From an uncultured delta proteobacterium (GTDB taxonomy: Bacteria > Myxococcota_A > Polyangia > Polyangiales > Polyangiaceae): a DNA stretch of 64,000 bases. Numbering within the stretch: position 1 is the stretch's first letter; every line of letters begins with the position of its first letter. The stretch lies in contig CAWAIF010000003.1 of assembly GCA_963782055.1 (NCBI GenBank), positions 1,984,001-2,048,000 on the forward strand, given 5' to 3'. Below the pieces are notes generated by a model. It was not told the DNA's origin and searched no databases. It saw nothing but the letters and a program-made list of their open reading frames with translations. Below, in pieces: positions 16,447-26,527 of this stretch. The translations under genes and the position numbers were made by a program.

Positions 16447-18528
16447 GTGAAAGTCACCAGTAGCGTGCTCGTCGTGGCGTTCTTGGCCGCGTTCGGAGCG
16501 GCGGTCGCCTGCGGCGACAGCGGGAACGGTTTCATTCCTGACGGCGGGGATCTGGACGCCACCGCGGGCGACGCCAGCGACGACTCGCCGGGCTTCAACA
16601 ACCAGCCCGACGCCTCGGCGGGCCTGGTGGTCCAGCCGCCCACGGCGACGCTCGTCTACAACGGCTCTCCCGTCACGCAGCAGTTCACCGCGCTGTCGAA
16701 CAACCAGCCGCTCGCCGGCGTGCAGTGGTCGATCGACAACTTCGCGCTGGGCACCATCGACTCCAGCGGCCTGTTCACGGCCTCCGGCACCGTGGGCGGC
16801 ACCGGTCACGTCACCGCGGTCAAGGGCAACGCCAGCGGGTCCGCGACGATCCTGGTGCAGGTGCAGCTCTCGGCGAACCCGGGCAACGTCCCGAGCGGCG
16901 TCATCAGCCAGCTCAAGGGCGGCGGCAGCGCCGACTCGGCCTTCAAGTGGCTCTACCCCTACGACAAGACCCTCTGGCCGCGCGGGCTCACCGGCCCGCT
17001 CCTGCAGTTCGGCGGCTCGGCGATGCAGTACGCGTGGCTGCACGTGGAGACAGCCTCGAAGTCCATCGTCTACGACGGCTACTACGGCGCGGCCAGCCCG
17101 GCGCGGCTGGATCTCTCGAGCGACCCGATCTGGACGACCATCGGCAACTCCGCCGGGCCGAACGACGCGGTCAGCGTCAGCGTCACCAAGATGTCCGGCG
17201 GCCAGGTGACCGGGCCGATCAAGGAGACGTGGACCTTCGCGCAGGGCTCGCTCAAGGGCACCGTCTACTACAACTCGTACGACTCCAAGCTGGGCAACGG
17301 CTACGGCGCGGTGCTCAAGTTCAAGCCCGGCAACGGCAACACCGCGCAGCTCCTGGTGGGCGGCACGAGCAGCAAGTGCACGGTGTGCCACACGGTCAGC
17401 TCCAACGGCAACGTGATGATCGCCGCGAACAGCACGTACGACACCGGCGCCCGTTACGACCTGCAGAACAACGCCGCCCAGAGCCAGGGCCGCAACGACT
17501 ACGTCTACAACTTCCCGGCGCTCAACCCGGACGGCAGCGTCGTCGTCTCCACCACCAGCGACAAGATCGGCGGCATGTGGTCGTCGGCCGCGTCCCACGT
17601 CTACGACGGCTCGGGCGCGCAGATGAACGGCACCGGCTTCGAGTCGCTCGTCTCCTACGCGGCCATGCCGGCGTTCTCGGCCGACGGCAAGCTGCTCGCC
17701 TTCAACAACGAGCACCAGCCCGCGATGAACGGCGCCAGCCCCAACAACGAGATCGACGTCCTCTCCTTCGACCCCAACGCGAAGAAGTTCTCCAACCTGG
17801 TGAAGCTGGTGAGCGACGCCAACGCGAGCAACCTGCTCGGCTGGCCCTCCTTCACGCCCGACGGCAAGCTCGTCGTCTACGACCACCACCAGGGCACCAA
17901 CTCGGAGGGCACCAACTACGGCACCTGGGGCGCGCAGCGCTCGGTGCTGGAGATGGTCGACGTCTCCTCGAAGACCGTCTACCCGATCAACGCTCTCAAC
18001 GGCCTGGATGGCAGCAACCAGCCGTACCTCCCCTTCGGCGCGGACGACGAGAACCGCAACTTCGAGCCGAACGTGCTGCCGCTCGCGGCGGGCGGGTACT
18101 TCTGGGTCGTGTTCACCAGCCGCCGCCAGTACGGCAACACCATCAACTCGGCGGAGACGGGCGCGTACGGCCAGGACATCCGCAAGAAGCTCTGGGTCGC
18201 GGCGATCGACATCAACCCGACGCCTGGCACCGACCCGAGCCACGCGGCCTTCTACCTGCCGGGCCAGGAGGTCACCGCGGGCAACATGCGCGGCTTCTGG
18301 GTGCTCGACCCGTGCAAGCAGAACGGCAACTCGTGCGAGTCCGGCGACGAGTGCTGCGGCGGCTTCTGCCGTCAGGTCGCGGGGCCGGATGGCGGCGTCG
18401 AGAACGTGTGCGTGCCGCCGCCCAACGGCTGCTCGCACGAGTTCGAGAAGTGCACCACCGCGGCCGACTGCTGCGACCCGGGTGATCAGTGCATCAACGG
18501 CTTCTGCGCCATCCCCCCGCCGAAGTGA
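16447..18528 (+). CDS. Lipoprotein with TolB/PD40-like propeller and Cys-rich C-terminus
   Basis: SD AGGAGG, lipobox AVAC, PAFSADG and PSFTPDG repeats, CC-containing tail. Confidence 0.85.
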   Translation: MKVTSSVLVVAFLAAFGAAVACGDSGNGFIPDGGDLDATAGDASDDSPGFNNQPDASAGLVVQPPTATLVYNGSPVTQQFTALSNNQPLAGVQWSIDNFALGTIDSSGLFTASGTVGGTGHVTAVKGNASGSATILVQVQLSANPGNVPSGVISQLKGGGSADSAFKWLYPYDKTLWPRGLTGPLLQFGGSAMQYAWLHVETASKSIVYDGYYGAASPARLDLSSDPIWTTIGNSAGPNDAVSVSVTKMSGGQVTGPIKETWTFAQGSLKGTVYYNSYDSKLGNGYGAVLKFKPGNGNTAQLLVGGTSSKCTVCHTVSSNGNVMIAANSTYDTGARYDLQNNAAQSQGRNDYVYNFPALNPDGSVVVSTTSDKIGGMWSSAASHVYDGSGAQMNGTGFESLVSYAAMPAFSADGKLLAFNNEHQPAMNGASPNNEIDVLSFDPNAKKFSNLVKLVSDANASNLLGWPSFTPDGKLVVYDHHQGTNSEGTNYGTWGAQRSVLEMVDVSSKTVYPINALNGLDGSNQPYLPFGADDENRNFEPNVLPLAAGGYFWVVFTSRRQYGNTINSAETGAYGQDIRKKLWVAAIDINPTPGTDPSHAAFYLPGQEVTAGNMRGFWVLDPCKQNGNSCESGDECCGGFCRQVAGPDGGVENVCVPPPNGCSHEFEKCTTAADCCDPGDQCINGFCAIPPPK

Positions 18529-18591
18529 CGGGGACCCCCTCTCTGGCACACGCTGGCACGCGCCATCCCCCAGCAAGCCCGCACTTCGCGC

Positions 18592-18607
18592 TGGCACGTA
18601 GCCTGCT
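18592..18607 (+). promoter_or_regulatory. sigma54 -24/-12 promoter of the intron-2 host gene
   Basis: TGGCACGTAGCCTGCT (GG-N10-GC); ATG at 18621. Confidence 0.7.
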
Positions 18608-18623
18608 AACGGTCGTGCCCATG

Positions 18624-20660
18624 GTGCGCCGTGAAGAAGCAGGTCGTCCGTCGGGCATGCCCGACGAACGACCTGCCTCAAGCTGCGCTTCTCCAGCGGG
18701 TGAGAGTCCCGCACCGGTAAGCGTCGGAGCGCCGGGTAGCAGGCCCCAGCCGAGCGGGAGAGATCCCGTCGGCCGAGCGGGGCGTCGAAAGGGTCCACGG
18801 ACCGAGCGAGCACGCGGGCCGCAACATGAAGTGAAGCTTGCAGCCTCGTCAGATCTACAAACCGGGAGCCGAGCCGATCATGTCGCGGCGAAGGCAATAT
18901 CGGCGGCGCCAGATCCGAAACGCGCCGTCGGTCCCGGCGGGGTAGGGAGCGCAGCACGCGTGCAAGGAGGAGTGCGGAACTCGGGAGGCCCGTCTGCGTC
19001 GCCCTCGTCGGGGCAAGGCGCGTCGTATAAGCCAGAGGCGAAGTCGGCCGCTGCGCAGCGGGAGTCCGAGGGGGTCACTGTACCGAAGAGCGAGGCGCGA
19101 GCTTCGCGAACGAACGCCGTGAAGAACAACGCGGCAGGAGGGAAAGACCCCTGCAGTGGTCGTGTCGGCGGAGCAGGTAAGCGCGAGGGCATGGCCGGCG
19201 AGACCGGTCCCAACCACCCCCATCGGCGACAGCCCATGGACAAAGTGCGACAACTGCAACGCCGGCTGTGTGCCGCGGCCAAGCGGCATCCGGAGCGCCG
19301 ATTCCACGCGCTGTATGACCGCATCGCGAGGCGTGACGTCCTCGCGGAAGCGTGGAAGCGGGTAAGGAGGAACAAGGGAGCCGCGGGCGTCGATGCCCAG
19401 ACGATCGCGGCGCTCGAGGTGTACGGAGTGGATCGACTCCTCGGAGAGATCCATGACGTGCTCCGTGCAGGCAGGTACCGGCCGGCAGCGGTGCTGCGCC
19501 GGTACATCCCGAAGGCCGATGGGAAGAAGCGGCCGCTTGGGATCCCGACGGTCCGAGACCGGGTGGTGCAGATGGCGACGAAGCTCGTGCTGGAGCCGAT
19601 CTTCGAGGCGAGCTTTCGCTCGTGCTCGTACGGCTTCCGTATCGGGCGGAGCGCGACGGACGCCCTGGAGACGCTGAGGAAGCTCGGCGCGAAGGGGTAC
19701 AACCACGTGCTCGACGCCGACATCCGTGACTACTTCGGGAGCATCGATCACGACAAGCTGATGAAGCTCGTCGAGCGGCGCATCTCGGACCGGAGGGTGC
19801 TCAAGCTGCTGCGGCAGTGGCTCACGGCGGGGGTGATGGACGAAGGCACGGTGACCAACCCCTCCAGCGGCACGCCGCAGGGCGGGGTGATCTCGCCGCT
19901 GCTCTCGAACATCTACCTCGCCGTGCTCGACGACGTGTGGACGAAGCGGTGCGCGCATCTTGGCGAGCTGGTTCGTTATGCGGACGACTTCGTCGTGATG
20001 TGCAGGACGAAGCGTGACGTCGACGAGGCCGAGCTTCGCGTGAAGCACGTGATGACGCGACTCGGGCTCGAGCTGCACCCGGACAAGACGAGGAAGCTGG
20101 ACCTCTCCTGGGGTAAGAAGGGGTTCGACTTCCTCGGCTGCCACCTGCGGAAACGCTTGAGCGGGTCCATCTGGGAGAGGTCGCGCAAACGCGTGTACTT
20201 CCTCCAGCGCTGGCCATCGGCTCGCGCGATGAAGCGGATCCGGCAGCGCGTGAGGGACCTCACCCCGCGATCACGCTGCCACGCGGACCTGCGCGACGTC
20301 GTCGCGCAGCTCAACCCCGTGCTGCGTGGCTGGGGCGAGTACTTTCGCACCGGGAACGCCGACGTGAAGTTCAACCGACTCGACGAGTACGTGTACGAAC
20401 GGCTTCGAGCGCTGCGCCTGAAACGGGCCGGCTCGAAGCTCAAGGCCGGACAAGCCGAGCGCTGGACCCGCGACTACTTCGTCGAAGGCTTCGGGCTCCA
20501 CCGCCTGCGCGGGACCATCCGCTACCCGGAGGCCGCGTAATGCCGCGTCACGAGAGACCACCGGTAAGCCGTGTGCGGGAAATCCGCACGCACGGTTTGA
20601 GAGGGGGTCTTGACTCCAACCGCCGCCGTAGGGCGGCCAAGGTGTAAGGATCTACCAATG
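18624..20660 (+). mobile_element. Group II intron copy 2 (2037 nt), inserted after the host ATG
   Basis: Matches copy 1 at offset 9754; shared internal ORF translations are identical. Confidence 0.95.
19236..20540 (+). CDS. ltrA: Group II intron RT/maturase (frame open from ATG 18621)
   Basis: Same protein as copy 1; YADD. Confidence 0.96.
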   Translation: MDKVRQLQRRLCAAAKRHPERRFHALYDRIARRDVLAEAWKRVRRNKGAAGVDAQTIAALEVYGVDRLLGEIHDVLRAGRYRPAAVLRRYIPKADGKKRPLGIPTVRDRVVQMATKLVLEPIFEASFRSCSYGFRIGRSATDALETLRKLGAKGYNHVLDADIRDYFGSIDHDKLMKLVERRISDRRVLKLLRQWLTAGVMDEGTVTNPSSGTPQGGVISPLLSNIYLAVLDDVWTKRCAHLGELVRYADDFVVMCRTKRDVDEAELRVKHVMTRLGLELHPDKTRKLDLSWGKKGFDFLGCHLRKRLSGSIWERSRKRVYFLQRWPSARAMKRIRQRVRDLTPRSRCHADLRDVVAQLNPVLRGWGEYFRTGNADVKFNRLDEYVYERLRALRLKRAGSKLKAGQAERWTRDYFVEGFGLHRLRGTIRYPEAA

Positions 20661-21068
20661 CGCTCCCTTCTCCTCGCTCTCCTCTCGGCGTCCTCCCTCG
20701 CGCTCGGCGCATGCGGCGGCGTGGCCGTGGACACCTCCTCCGACGCCGGCGCGGGCGCGGACGGCGGTCACGACGCCGCGACCTCCCCCGTCACGTGTCA
20801 GGGCAAGACGTGCGGCGCGGGGGAGGTGTGCGTGGTCACCACCTCCGGCGGCGGCCCGTGCCTCCTGCCTGACGACGCGGGGGTCTGTCCCGACGGCACC
20901 CACACCACCGGCTGCTGCGACAACACGACCACCGGCTACGCGTGCAAGCCGCTCCCCGCCGCATGCAAGGGCAGCCTCGCGTGCCCGTGCGCGGACACGC
21001 TCTGCCAGTGCGGCGGCTGCCAGGTCGCCGACGCGGGCGTGCTCGCGTGCCAGTGCCTGTATCCCTGA
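20658..21068 (+). CDS. Cys-rich lipoprotein, host gene of intron copy 2
   Basis: Complete signal peptide MRSLLLALLSASSLALGAC begins exactly at the intron-terminal ATG. Confidence 0.85.
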   Translation: MRSLLLALLSASSLALGACGGVAVDTSSDAGAGADGGHDAATSPVTCQGKTCGAGEVCVVTTSGGGPCLLPDDAGVCPDGTHTTGCCDNTTTGYACKPLPAACKGSLACPCADTLCQCGGCQVADAGVLACQCLYP

Positions 21069-21112
21069 CGCGCGCGCTTGCCCTCGCAGCGCAGCCGGTC
21101 GACCATCGGCCC

Positions 21113-21625
21113 ATGCGAACCGTCGCCCTCGCGCTCCTCGTGCTCGCCCCGGTCGCTTGCGACAAGCCCGCGCCGGCCGCCTCCGACGCCGGCGCGGTGG
21201 CGATCGCCACCTCCTCGCCGCCACCCGCGGCGTCATCCGCCCCGGCGGTCGCGTCCGCCGTCGCCTCGGCGTCGGCGGCGCCGGAGGACGCCGCGCCCCT
21301 GGAGAAGGTCGGCGCCCAGCACGTGCTCATCGCCTACAAGGGAGCGAAGAACGCGCCGCGCAACGTGACGCGTACCAAGGCGCAGGCGCGCAAGCTGGCG
21401 GAGGAGGTGCTCGCCAAGGCGCGCTCGGGGCAGGACTTCGCCGGCCTCGCCAGGACGTACTCCGACGACCCGGGCTCGAAGGACCGCCTGGGCTCCGTCG
21501 GCACCTTCAAGCGCGACGGGATGGTGAAGCCCTTCTCCGACGCCGCCTTCGCCCTCCAGGTGAACCAGATCAGCGACGTGGTGGAGACACCCTTTGGCTT
21601 CCACGTGATCAAGCGCTTCGAGTGA
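21113..21625 (+). CDS. Parvulin-type peptidyl-prolyl isomerase lipoprotein
   Basis: HVLIAY, YSDDPGS, MVKPF, VETPFGFHVIKR. Confidence 0.93.
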   Translation: MRTVALALLVLAPVACDKPAPAASDAGAVAIATSSPPPAASSAPAVASAVASASAAPEDAAPLEKVGAQHVLIAYKGAKNAPRNVTRTKAQARKLAEEVLAKARSGQDFAGLARTYSDDPGSKDRLGSVGTFKRDGMVKPFSDAAFALQVNQISDVVETPFGFHVIKRFE

Positions 21626-21671
21626 TCTCCTCGTCGCCGGCCGGCGCGGTTTGGGCTACAAGCAAGCGGGC

Positions 21672-21944
21672 ATGCCCAAGAAGAACAAGAAGAGCGCCCT
21701 CGCGCAGGCCGCCAGCCGCAAGCTCGCGCGCATCGCCGGCCCGCGCATGTCGCCGCAGGAGATCGCCCACACCCTCTGGCACGCCGAGCAGCGCGGGGAG
21801 GTGCAGCGCGTGGACCTGGACGACGGCTCGTGGGGCTGGGCGGCGCCGGGCCCGGACGGCAAGGTGCAGATCCTGAAGCCCACGCCGGAGATGCTCGCCG
21901 CGGTGGACGCGCTGGACGTCGAGGGTCACCCGCACGAGCATTGA
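21672..21944 (+). CDS. Small hypothetical protein
   Basis: 90-aa ORF in an intergenic gap. Confidence 0.55.
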   Translation: MPKKNKKSALAQAASRKLARIAGPRMSPQEIAHTLWHAEQRGEVQRVDLDDGSWGWAAPGPDGKVQILKPTPEMLAAVDALDVEGHPHEH

Positions 21945-22073
21945 CGTCCGGGGGAGCCGCGTGAACATGGGGATGGGCCCGCGTGCTCTCGCGCGCCCGA
22001 TCTACATGCGCGGCGCAAGCCGCTGGCGCCGCCCGCTCACGTGACCGACGCACGTTCCTGCTATGGTCTGCGC

Positions 22074-22604
22074 GTGCCGGCCGACGACCGCCCGAAACCC
22101 CCCACGCGCCGCCGTGCCCTCGAGATCCTCGCGGGCGCTGGCGCCGTATGCGCGGGGGTGGCCGCCCTCGAGCCGCCGGCCGCGGAGGTGATCGCCGCCG
22201 GTCGTCGAGGCGGGGCAGGGGGCGCGCGCTGGGTGCGCACCATCAAGCTCTCCGAGCTGCACGAGGGCAAGCCGAAGCGCGTCGCCATCGTGAGCGACCA
22301 GCGCGACGCGTGGAAGGTGGAGCGCGCCGCGCAGCTCGGATCGGTGTGGCTGGTGCGCAAGGGCGACCTGGTCGTCGCGCTCTCGGTGGCGTGCCCGCAC
22401 CTCGGCTGCTCCATCGGCCTCGACCCCGGCGGCGCCTTCTTGTGTCCGTGCCACGACTCCAGCTTCGACGCCGCCGGCCACCGGAAAGGCGGGCCCTCGC
22501 CACGCGACATGGACGCGCTCGCGACGCGCGTCGCGGAGGGTTTCGTGGAGGTGGACTTCCGCCGCTACCGGCAGGGGACGCGCGAGCGTGTGGAGATCGG
22601 GTGA
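22074..22604 (+). CDS. Rieske 2Fe-2S protein
   Basis: CPHLGC and CPCHDS; Tat-like RRR; start uncertain (22041 or 22074). Confidence 0.92.
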   Translation: MPADDRPKPPTRRRALEILAGAGAVCAGVAALEPPAAEVIAAGRRGGAGGARWVRTIKLSELHEGKPKRVAIVSDQRDAWKVERAAQLGSVWLVRKGDLVVALSVACPHLGCSIGLDPGGAFLCPCHDSSFDAAGHRKGGPSPRDMDALATRVAEGFVEVDFRRYRQGTRERVEIG

Positions 22605-24352
22605 GCGAGGACGAGCGCACCGGTCTGCGTGCGCGCCTGCGCGCCTGGATGGATCACCCCCTCGCCGGGGGGCCGAGCTGGGCGTACGCGCTGGGCACCT
22701 GCTTCGCCTACCTCTTCTTGCTGGAGGCGGCGACAGGCGTCGCGCTGATGACCTCCTACGTGCCGTCCATCGAGGCGGCGTGGGCGAGCGTGTACTTCAC
22801 GAGCTACGTGATGCCGCACGGAGGCCTGGTGCGCGGCATGCACCACTTCGCCGGCGAGGGGATGCTCGCGCTGGCGGCGGCCCACGTCGCGGCGCTGGCG
22901 GTCGGCGGCGGCCACCGTCGCCCGCGCCATCTCGGCTTCGTCGCCACCGTGCTCGGCGTGGGTCTGGTCGCCGCGCAGTGCATCACCGGCGGCCTGCTCC
23001 CCTGGGACCAGAAGGGCTACTGGGCGCGCCGCGTGGAGCTGGGGATCGCCACGATGGGCCCGGGCGGCGCCGGCGTCGCGCGCATGGTCCAGGGTGGCGA
23101 CGGTCTCGGCCAGCTCGCCCTCACGCGCTTCTACGCGCTTCACGTGGTGGTGCTGCCGCTCGTCCTCTGGCTGCTCTGGCGCTTCGCGCGGGGGCAGGCG
23201 CGCGACCGCGGGGGCGCCGCCGGCGTCGCCCGGCGCTACTTCCCCGACCAGGCCCTGCGCGACCTCGGCCTGCTCGTCCTCGCGCTCGTCCTCGTGCTGG
23301 TGCTCGCCGCGCACGGCGCGCCGCTCGATGCTCCCGCCGATCCCTTCGGCGACTACCCGGCGCGCCCGGAGTGGCACCTGATGTGGCTCTACGAGCTGCG
23401 CCACCTGATGCCCGGTGCGCTGGAGTTCTGGGGGACCGCGGTCGTCCCGCTGCTGCTGCTCGGCCTCCTCGCCGCGCTCCCCTGGGTGGACCGCAAGCGC
23501 GAGGGCCGCAGCATCGCCGGGATCGCGGCCGTCGTCGTCGCGGCGCTGCTGGTGGGCTCGCTCACCTACGCGGCGATGCGTCACGACGCGCATGACGCGC
23601 GCTTCCAGGCGCAGGTGGCGCGGGCGACCAGGCGCGCCGATGTCGCGAAGCGACTCGCGGCGGGCGGCGTCCCGGTGCAGGGCCCGCTCTACATGCTCGC
23701 GCACGATCCCGAGCTGCGCGGGGAGAGCCTCTTCAAGGAGCACTGCGCCAGCTGCCACGTGCTCGGCGAGCTGGGCGACGCGAAGAAGGCGAACGCGCCG
23801 AAGCTGGACGGCTGGGGGACGGAGGCGTGGGTGCTGGGGATGCTCCACGACCCCGACGCCGACGAGCGCTTCGGCAAGACGCCCTACCGCGGCGACATGC
23901 CGTCGATGGACGTGCCGCCGTCCGATCCCGACGAGCGCGCCCGCTTCAAGCCCATGTCGACGCAGGACATGACGGCGGCCGCCGCCTTCCTCACGTCGCA
24001 GGGCGACGAGCCGGGGGAGCCGATCGACCCGCGCGCCGCGCGCCGCGACGCGGGGGTGGTGGCCGCCGGCAAGGCGATCGTCAGGGACCGCTGCACCGGC
24101 TGTCACCTCTACGGGGGCGAGGGCGACGACGAGGGCTCCGGCACCGCGCCGGAGCTCGCGGGCTACGGGTCGGTCGCGTGGACGCGCGCGCAGGTCGCCG
24201 ACCCGTCGACCAAGACCACCTACCGCGCCGTCGCCCTCGACCCGAAGCGCAAGCACCACATGCCGAGGTTCGCCGACGACCTGTCGCCTGGAGACGTCGA
24301 CCTGGTCGCGCGCTGGACGCGCGCCCACGCCCGCGGCGTGCCGCTGCGCTGA
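22601..24352 (+). CDS. Cytochrome b fused to a dihaem cytochrome c
   Basis: TGGLLPWDQKGYW, TRFYALH, PEWH; CASCH and CTGCH; GTGA overlap with the Rieske gene. Confidence 0.9.
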   Translation: MSEDERTGLRARLRAWMDHPLAGGPSWAYALGTCFAYLFLLEAATGVALMTSYVPSIEAAWASVYFTSYVMPHGGLVRGMHHFAGEGMLALAAAHVAALAVGGGHRRPRHLGFVATVLGVGLVAAQCITGGLLPWDQKGYWARRVELGIATMGPGGAGVARMVQGGDGLGQLALTRFYALHVVVLPLVLWLLWRFARGQARDRGGAAGVARRYFPDQALRDLGLLVLALVLVLVLAAHGAPLDAPADPFGDYPARPEWHLMWLYELRHLMPGALEFWGTAVVPLLLLGLLAALPWVDRKREGRSIAGIAAVVVAALLVGSLTYAAMRHDAHDARFQAQVARATRRADVAKRLAAGGVPVQGPLYMLAHDPELRGESLFKEHCASCHVLGELGDAKKANAPKLDGWGTEAWVLGMLHDPDADERFGKTPYRGDMPSMDVPPSDPDERARFKPMSTQDMTAAAAFLTSQGDEPGEPIDPRAARRDAGVVAAGKAIVRDRCTGCHLYGGEGDDEGSGTAPELAGYGSVAWTRAQVADPSTKTTYRAVALDPKRKHHMPRFADDLSPGDVDLVARWTRAHARGVPLR

Positions 24353-24364
24353 CGGCGCCCCGGG

Positions 24365-25123
24365 TCACCCGCCCAGCCGGGCGATGACCTCGCCCACCGG
24401 AAGCATCCGCAGCGTGTGGTGCCTCGCGCGGCTCACCACCCGCGCGAGGTCGGAGGGCGTGACGCCGTAGGGGCTCGGTCGATCGGAGACGTCGTGGGTG
24501 AAGAAGACGACCCACCCGCCGCGGGCGGCGACGTCGTCGACGAGCTCCACCGCGCGATCCACGAATCCGCCGGACGAGAAGATCTTGTTCGCGCGCAGCA
24601 GGTGGAGGTCGGCGCGCCCGCGATGCACGCCGGGGAAGATGGATCGCAACGACTGGAAGCGCGCGCCCAGCAGCGCCTTGTGCGCCGGGCGCAGGCGCCC
24701 GTACGGGAACGCGAACTGGCGCAGCGGCACGTCGGGCAGCACGCGCGCGACCGCGTCGGCGTTGCGGTTCACGTCGTCCACGATCTGCCGGTCGGAGGCG
24801 AGGAAGCAGTCCAGGTGCGCGTGGGTGTGGCAGCCCAGCTCCTGCGCCTCCCGCGCGAGGGCGACGAGGTCGTCGGCGGAGAAGCCCTCGCCCTCCGCCG
24901 GACTGGCGGTGAGCTTGCTCATGGCTGCGTAGAACGTCCCGCGCGCGCCGTAGTCGGCGAGCACTCGCGCCCCGCGCGTCCGGGCGGAGCGCGGGAAGTC
25001 GTCGAAGGTGAAGGAGACGAAGGCGGCCTCCGGCGGGACCGCGACGTAGCGCGCCCCGACGCGCGTCGCCGCCACCGCGCGGGTGCCGCGGTAGATGGCG
25101 CTGTCGACGACCCGCTGCATCAT
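24365..25123 (-). CDS. Polysaccharide deacetylase (NodB family)
   Basis: TFDD, HTHAH, FAFPYG. Confidence 0.88.
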   Translation of the reverse strand: MMQRVVDSAIYRGTRAVAATRVGARYVAVPPEAAFVSFTFDDFPRSARTRGARVLADYGARGTFYAAMSKLTASPAEGEGFSADDLVALAREAQELGCHTHAHLDCFLASDRQIVDDVNRNADAVARVLPDVPLRQFAFPYGRLRPAHKALLGARFQSLRSIFPGVHRGRADLHLLRANKIFSSGGFVDRAVELVDDVAARGGWVVFFTHDVSDRPSPYGVTPSDLARVVSRARHHTLRMLPVGEVIARLGG

Positions 25124-26091
25124 GTTCGCGCTCGCTCGGAGGCCGTCGGGTAGCGCCGCACACGGAAGGGGGGCATCCACAGGACCTTGCCCGCCCCGCC
25201 GACCGCCTCGCAGAGGAACCGTGGCGCCGCGGCAGAACGTACCGCGCTCGCCGCCACCGCGAGCGCGCCGTACACCGCGGCCTGCGCGGCGCCGATCGCC
25301 ATCCAGGTCGCGGCCTTCAGCGGCTCCGCCGGCGGGGTGACGCACGTCGCGGTGCGCACCTGCCCGCTGCTGAAGCGGCGCTTGAGCGTGTATCGAAGCG
25401 TCGTGCGCTCCGCGGGGACCAGCTCGGTCACGCGCGCCTCGGGCGCCCACCACAGCGGCCAGCCCTCCGCGACCAGTCGCTTGATGAAGGCGGAGTCCTC
25501 CCCGCCGCTGAGCCCGAGATCCGGATCGAACGGTCGCGGCCCGAGCGCGCGCTTGGTGAAGAGCGCGTTGCCGGTGCCGAAGGCGGCGAGCTGCGCGCGT
25601 CGCGCGGGACCGGAGCGCCGCCGGAAGAGGCGCGTGAACGGCCTGAGGTAGAGTGGGTCGACCTGAGCCGCGTCCGCGGCCGCCGCCACCACCGCGCCGA
25701 AGACACCGCCCGCGCGGCTCGCCTTCTGGGCGCGAACCAGCGCGGCGAGCCAGTCGCGGTCCGCCTCGTTGTCGTCGTCGAGAAAGGCCACGAGCGGCGC
25801 GTGCGCGGCCGATACCCCGGCGTTGCGCGCCGCGGCGACGCCCGGCCGCGGTTCCTGCACGTAGCGCACCGGGAAGGGGGCGGTCACGCTCGCGGCGCGC
25901 ACGACCTCCCGCGCGGACCCGTCCGGACAGTTGTCCACGACGACCAGCTCGGTGGATAGCTGGCGCGTCTGCCCCACGCAGCTCTCGATCGCGCGCGCCA
26001 GCGAGTCCGGCCTGCGGAAGGTGGGGATCACGACGCTCACCCCCGGTGTCGCCGCGGTCGCCGTGCCTTCCCCTGCCGCGTCCAGTTCCAT
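25120..26091 (-). CDS. GT2 glycosyltransferase (ExoM-like)
   Basis: VVIPT, VVDN, ARNAG, FLDDD, GGED. Confidence 0.9.
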   Translation of the reverse strand: MELDAAGEGTATAATPGVSVVIPTFRRPDSLARAIESCVGQTRQLSTELVVVDNCPDGSAREVVRAASVTAPFPVRYVQEPRPGVAAARNAGVSAAHAPLVAFLDDDNEADRDWLAALVRAQKASRAGGVFGAVVAAAADAAQVDPLYLRPFTRLFRRRSGPARRAQLAAFGTGNALFTKRALGPRPFDPDLGLSGGEDSAFIKRLVAEGWPLWWAPEARVTELVPAERTTLRYTLKRRFSSGQVRTATCVTPPAEPLKAATWMAIGAAQAAVYGALAVAASAVRSAAAPRFLCEAVGGAGKVLWMPPFRVRRYPTASERART

Positions 26092-26275
26092 CCAGGACCT
26101 CCGCACGGCGAGGTGCATCGGGCGTGCCGCGCGCACCGTCAGTCACTTGGGGTCGGTCAAGGGCGCAACTCGCGCGGGCTGAGCGCAAACGCCCCGGTCC
26201 GCGCCGCTCTCACGCACGTCTCGCCCCGACGGCTTCGGGTGGCGCTCCCCGTGCGCCGGCCTTAACCTCTGCACC

Positions 26276-26467
26276 ATGAGCAAGACGCGCACCGAAGTGA
26301 GGGCTGATTCGAAGCGAAAGGCGGTGGCCGCCGGCGTCACCACGGCCGCCGCGGTCGGGCTGGGGGTCATCGGGTGGCCTGTCACTGCCACCATCGCCGC
26401 CGTGCCGGCCGCGGTGCTCACCTGGAAGTGGTGGAAGCACCGGGCGGAGAACGGCATCAAGTTCTAG
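26276..26467 (+). CDS. Small membrane protein
   Basis: 63 aa, hydrophobic core, WWKHRAENGIKF tail. Confidence 0.6.
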   Translation: MSKTRTEVRADSKRKAVAAGVTTAAAVGLGVIGWPVTATIAAVPAAVLTWKWWKHRAENGIKF

Positions 26468-26527
26468 GCTCCGGGTCGCTGTCATCTGAGTTGACGGAAC
26501 GGGGACTTGCCGGCCATTCTAAGGGGG

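Noticed and set aside
10907..18623. Cargo of a composite mobile element
   Set aside because: These are ordinary chromosomal genes, and each intron has its own independent target site
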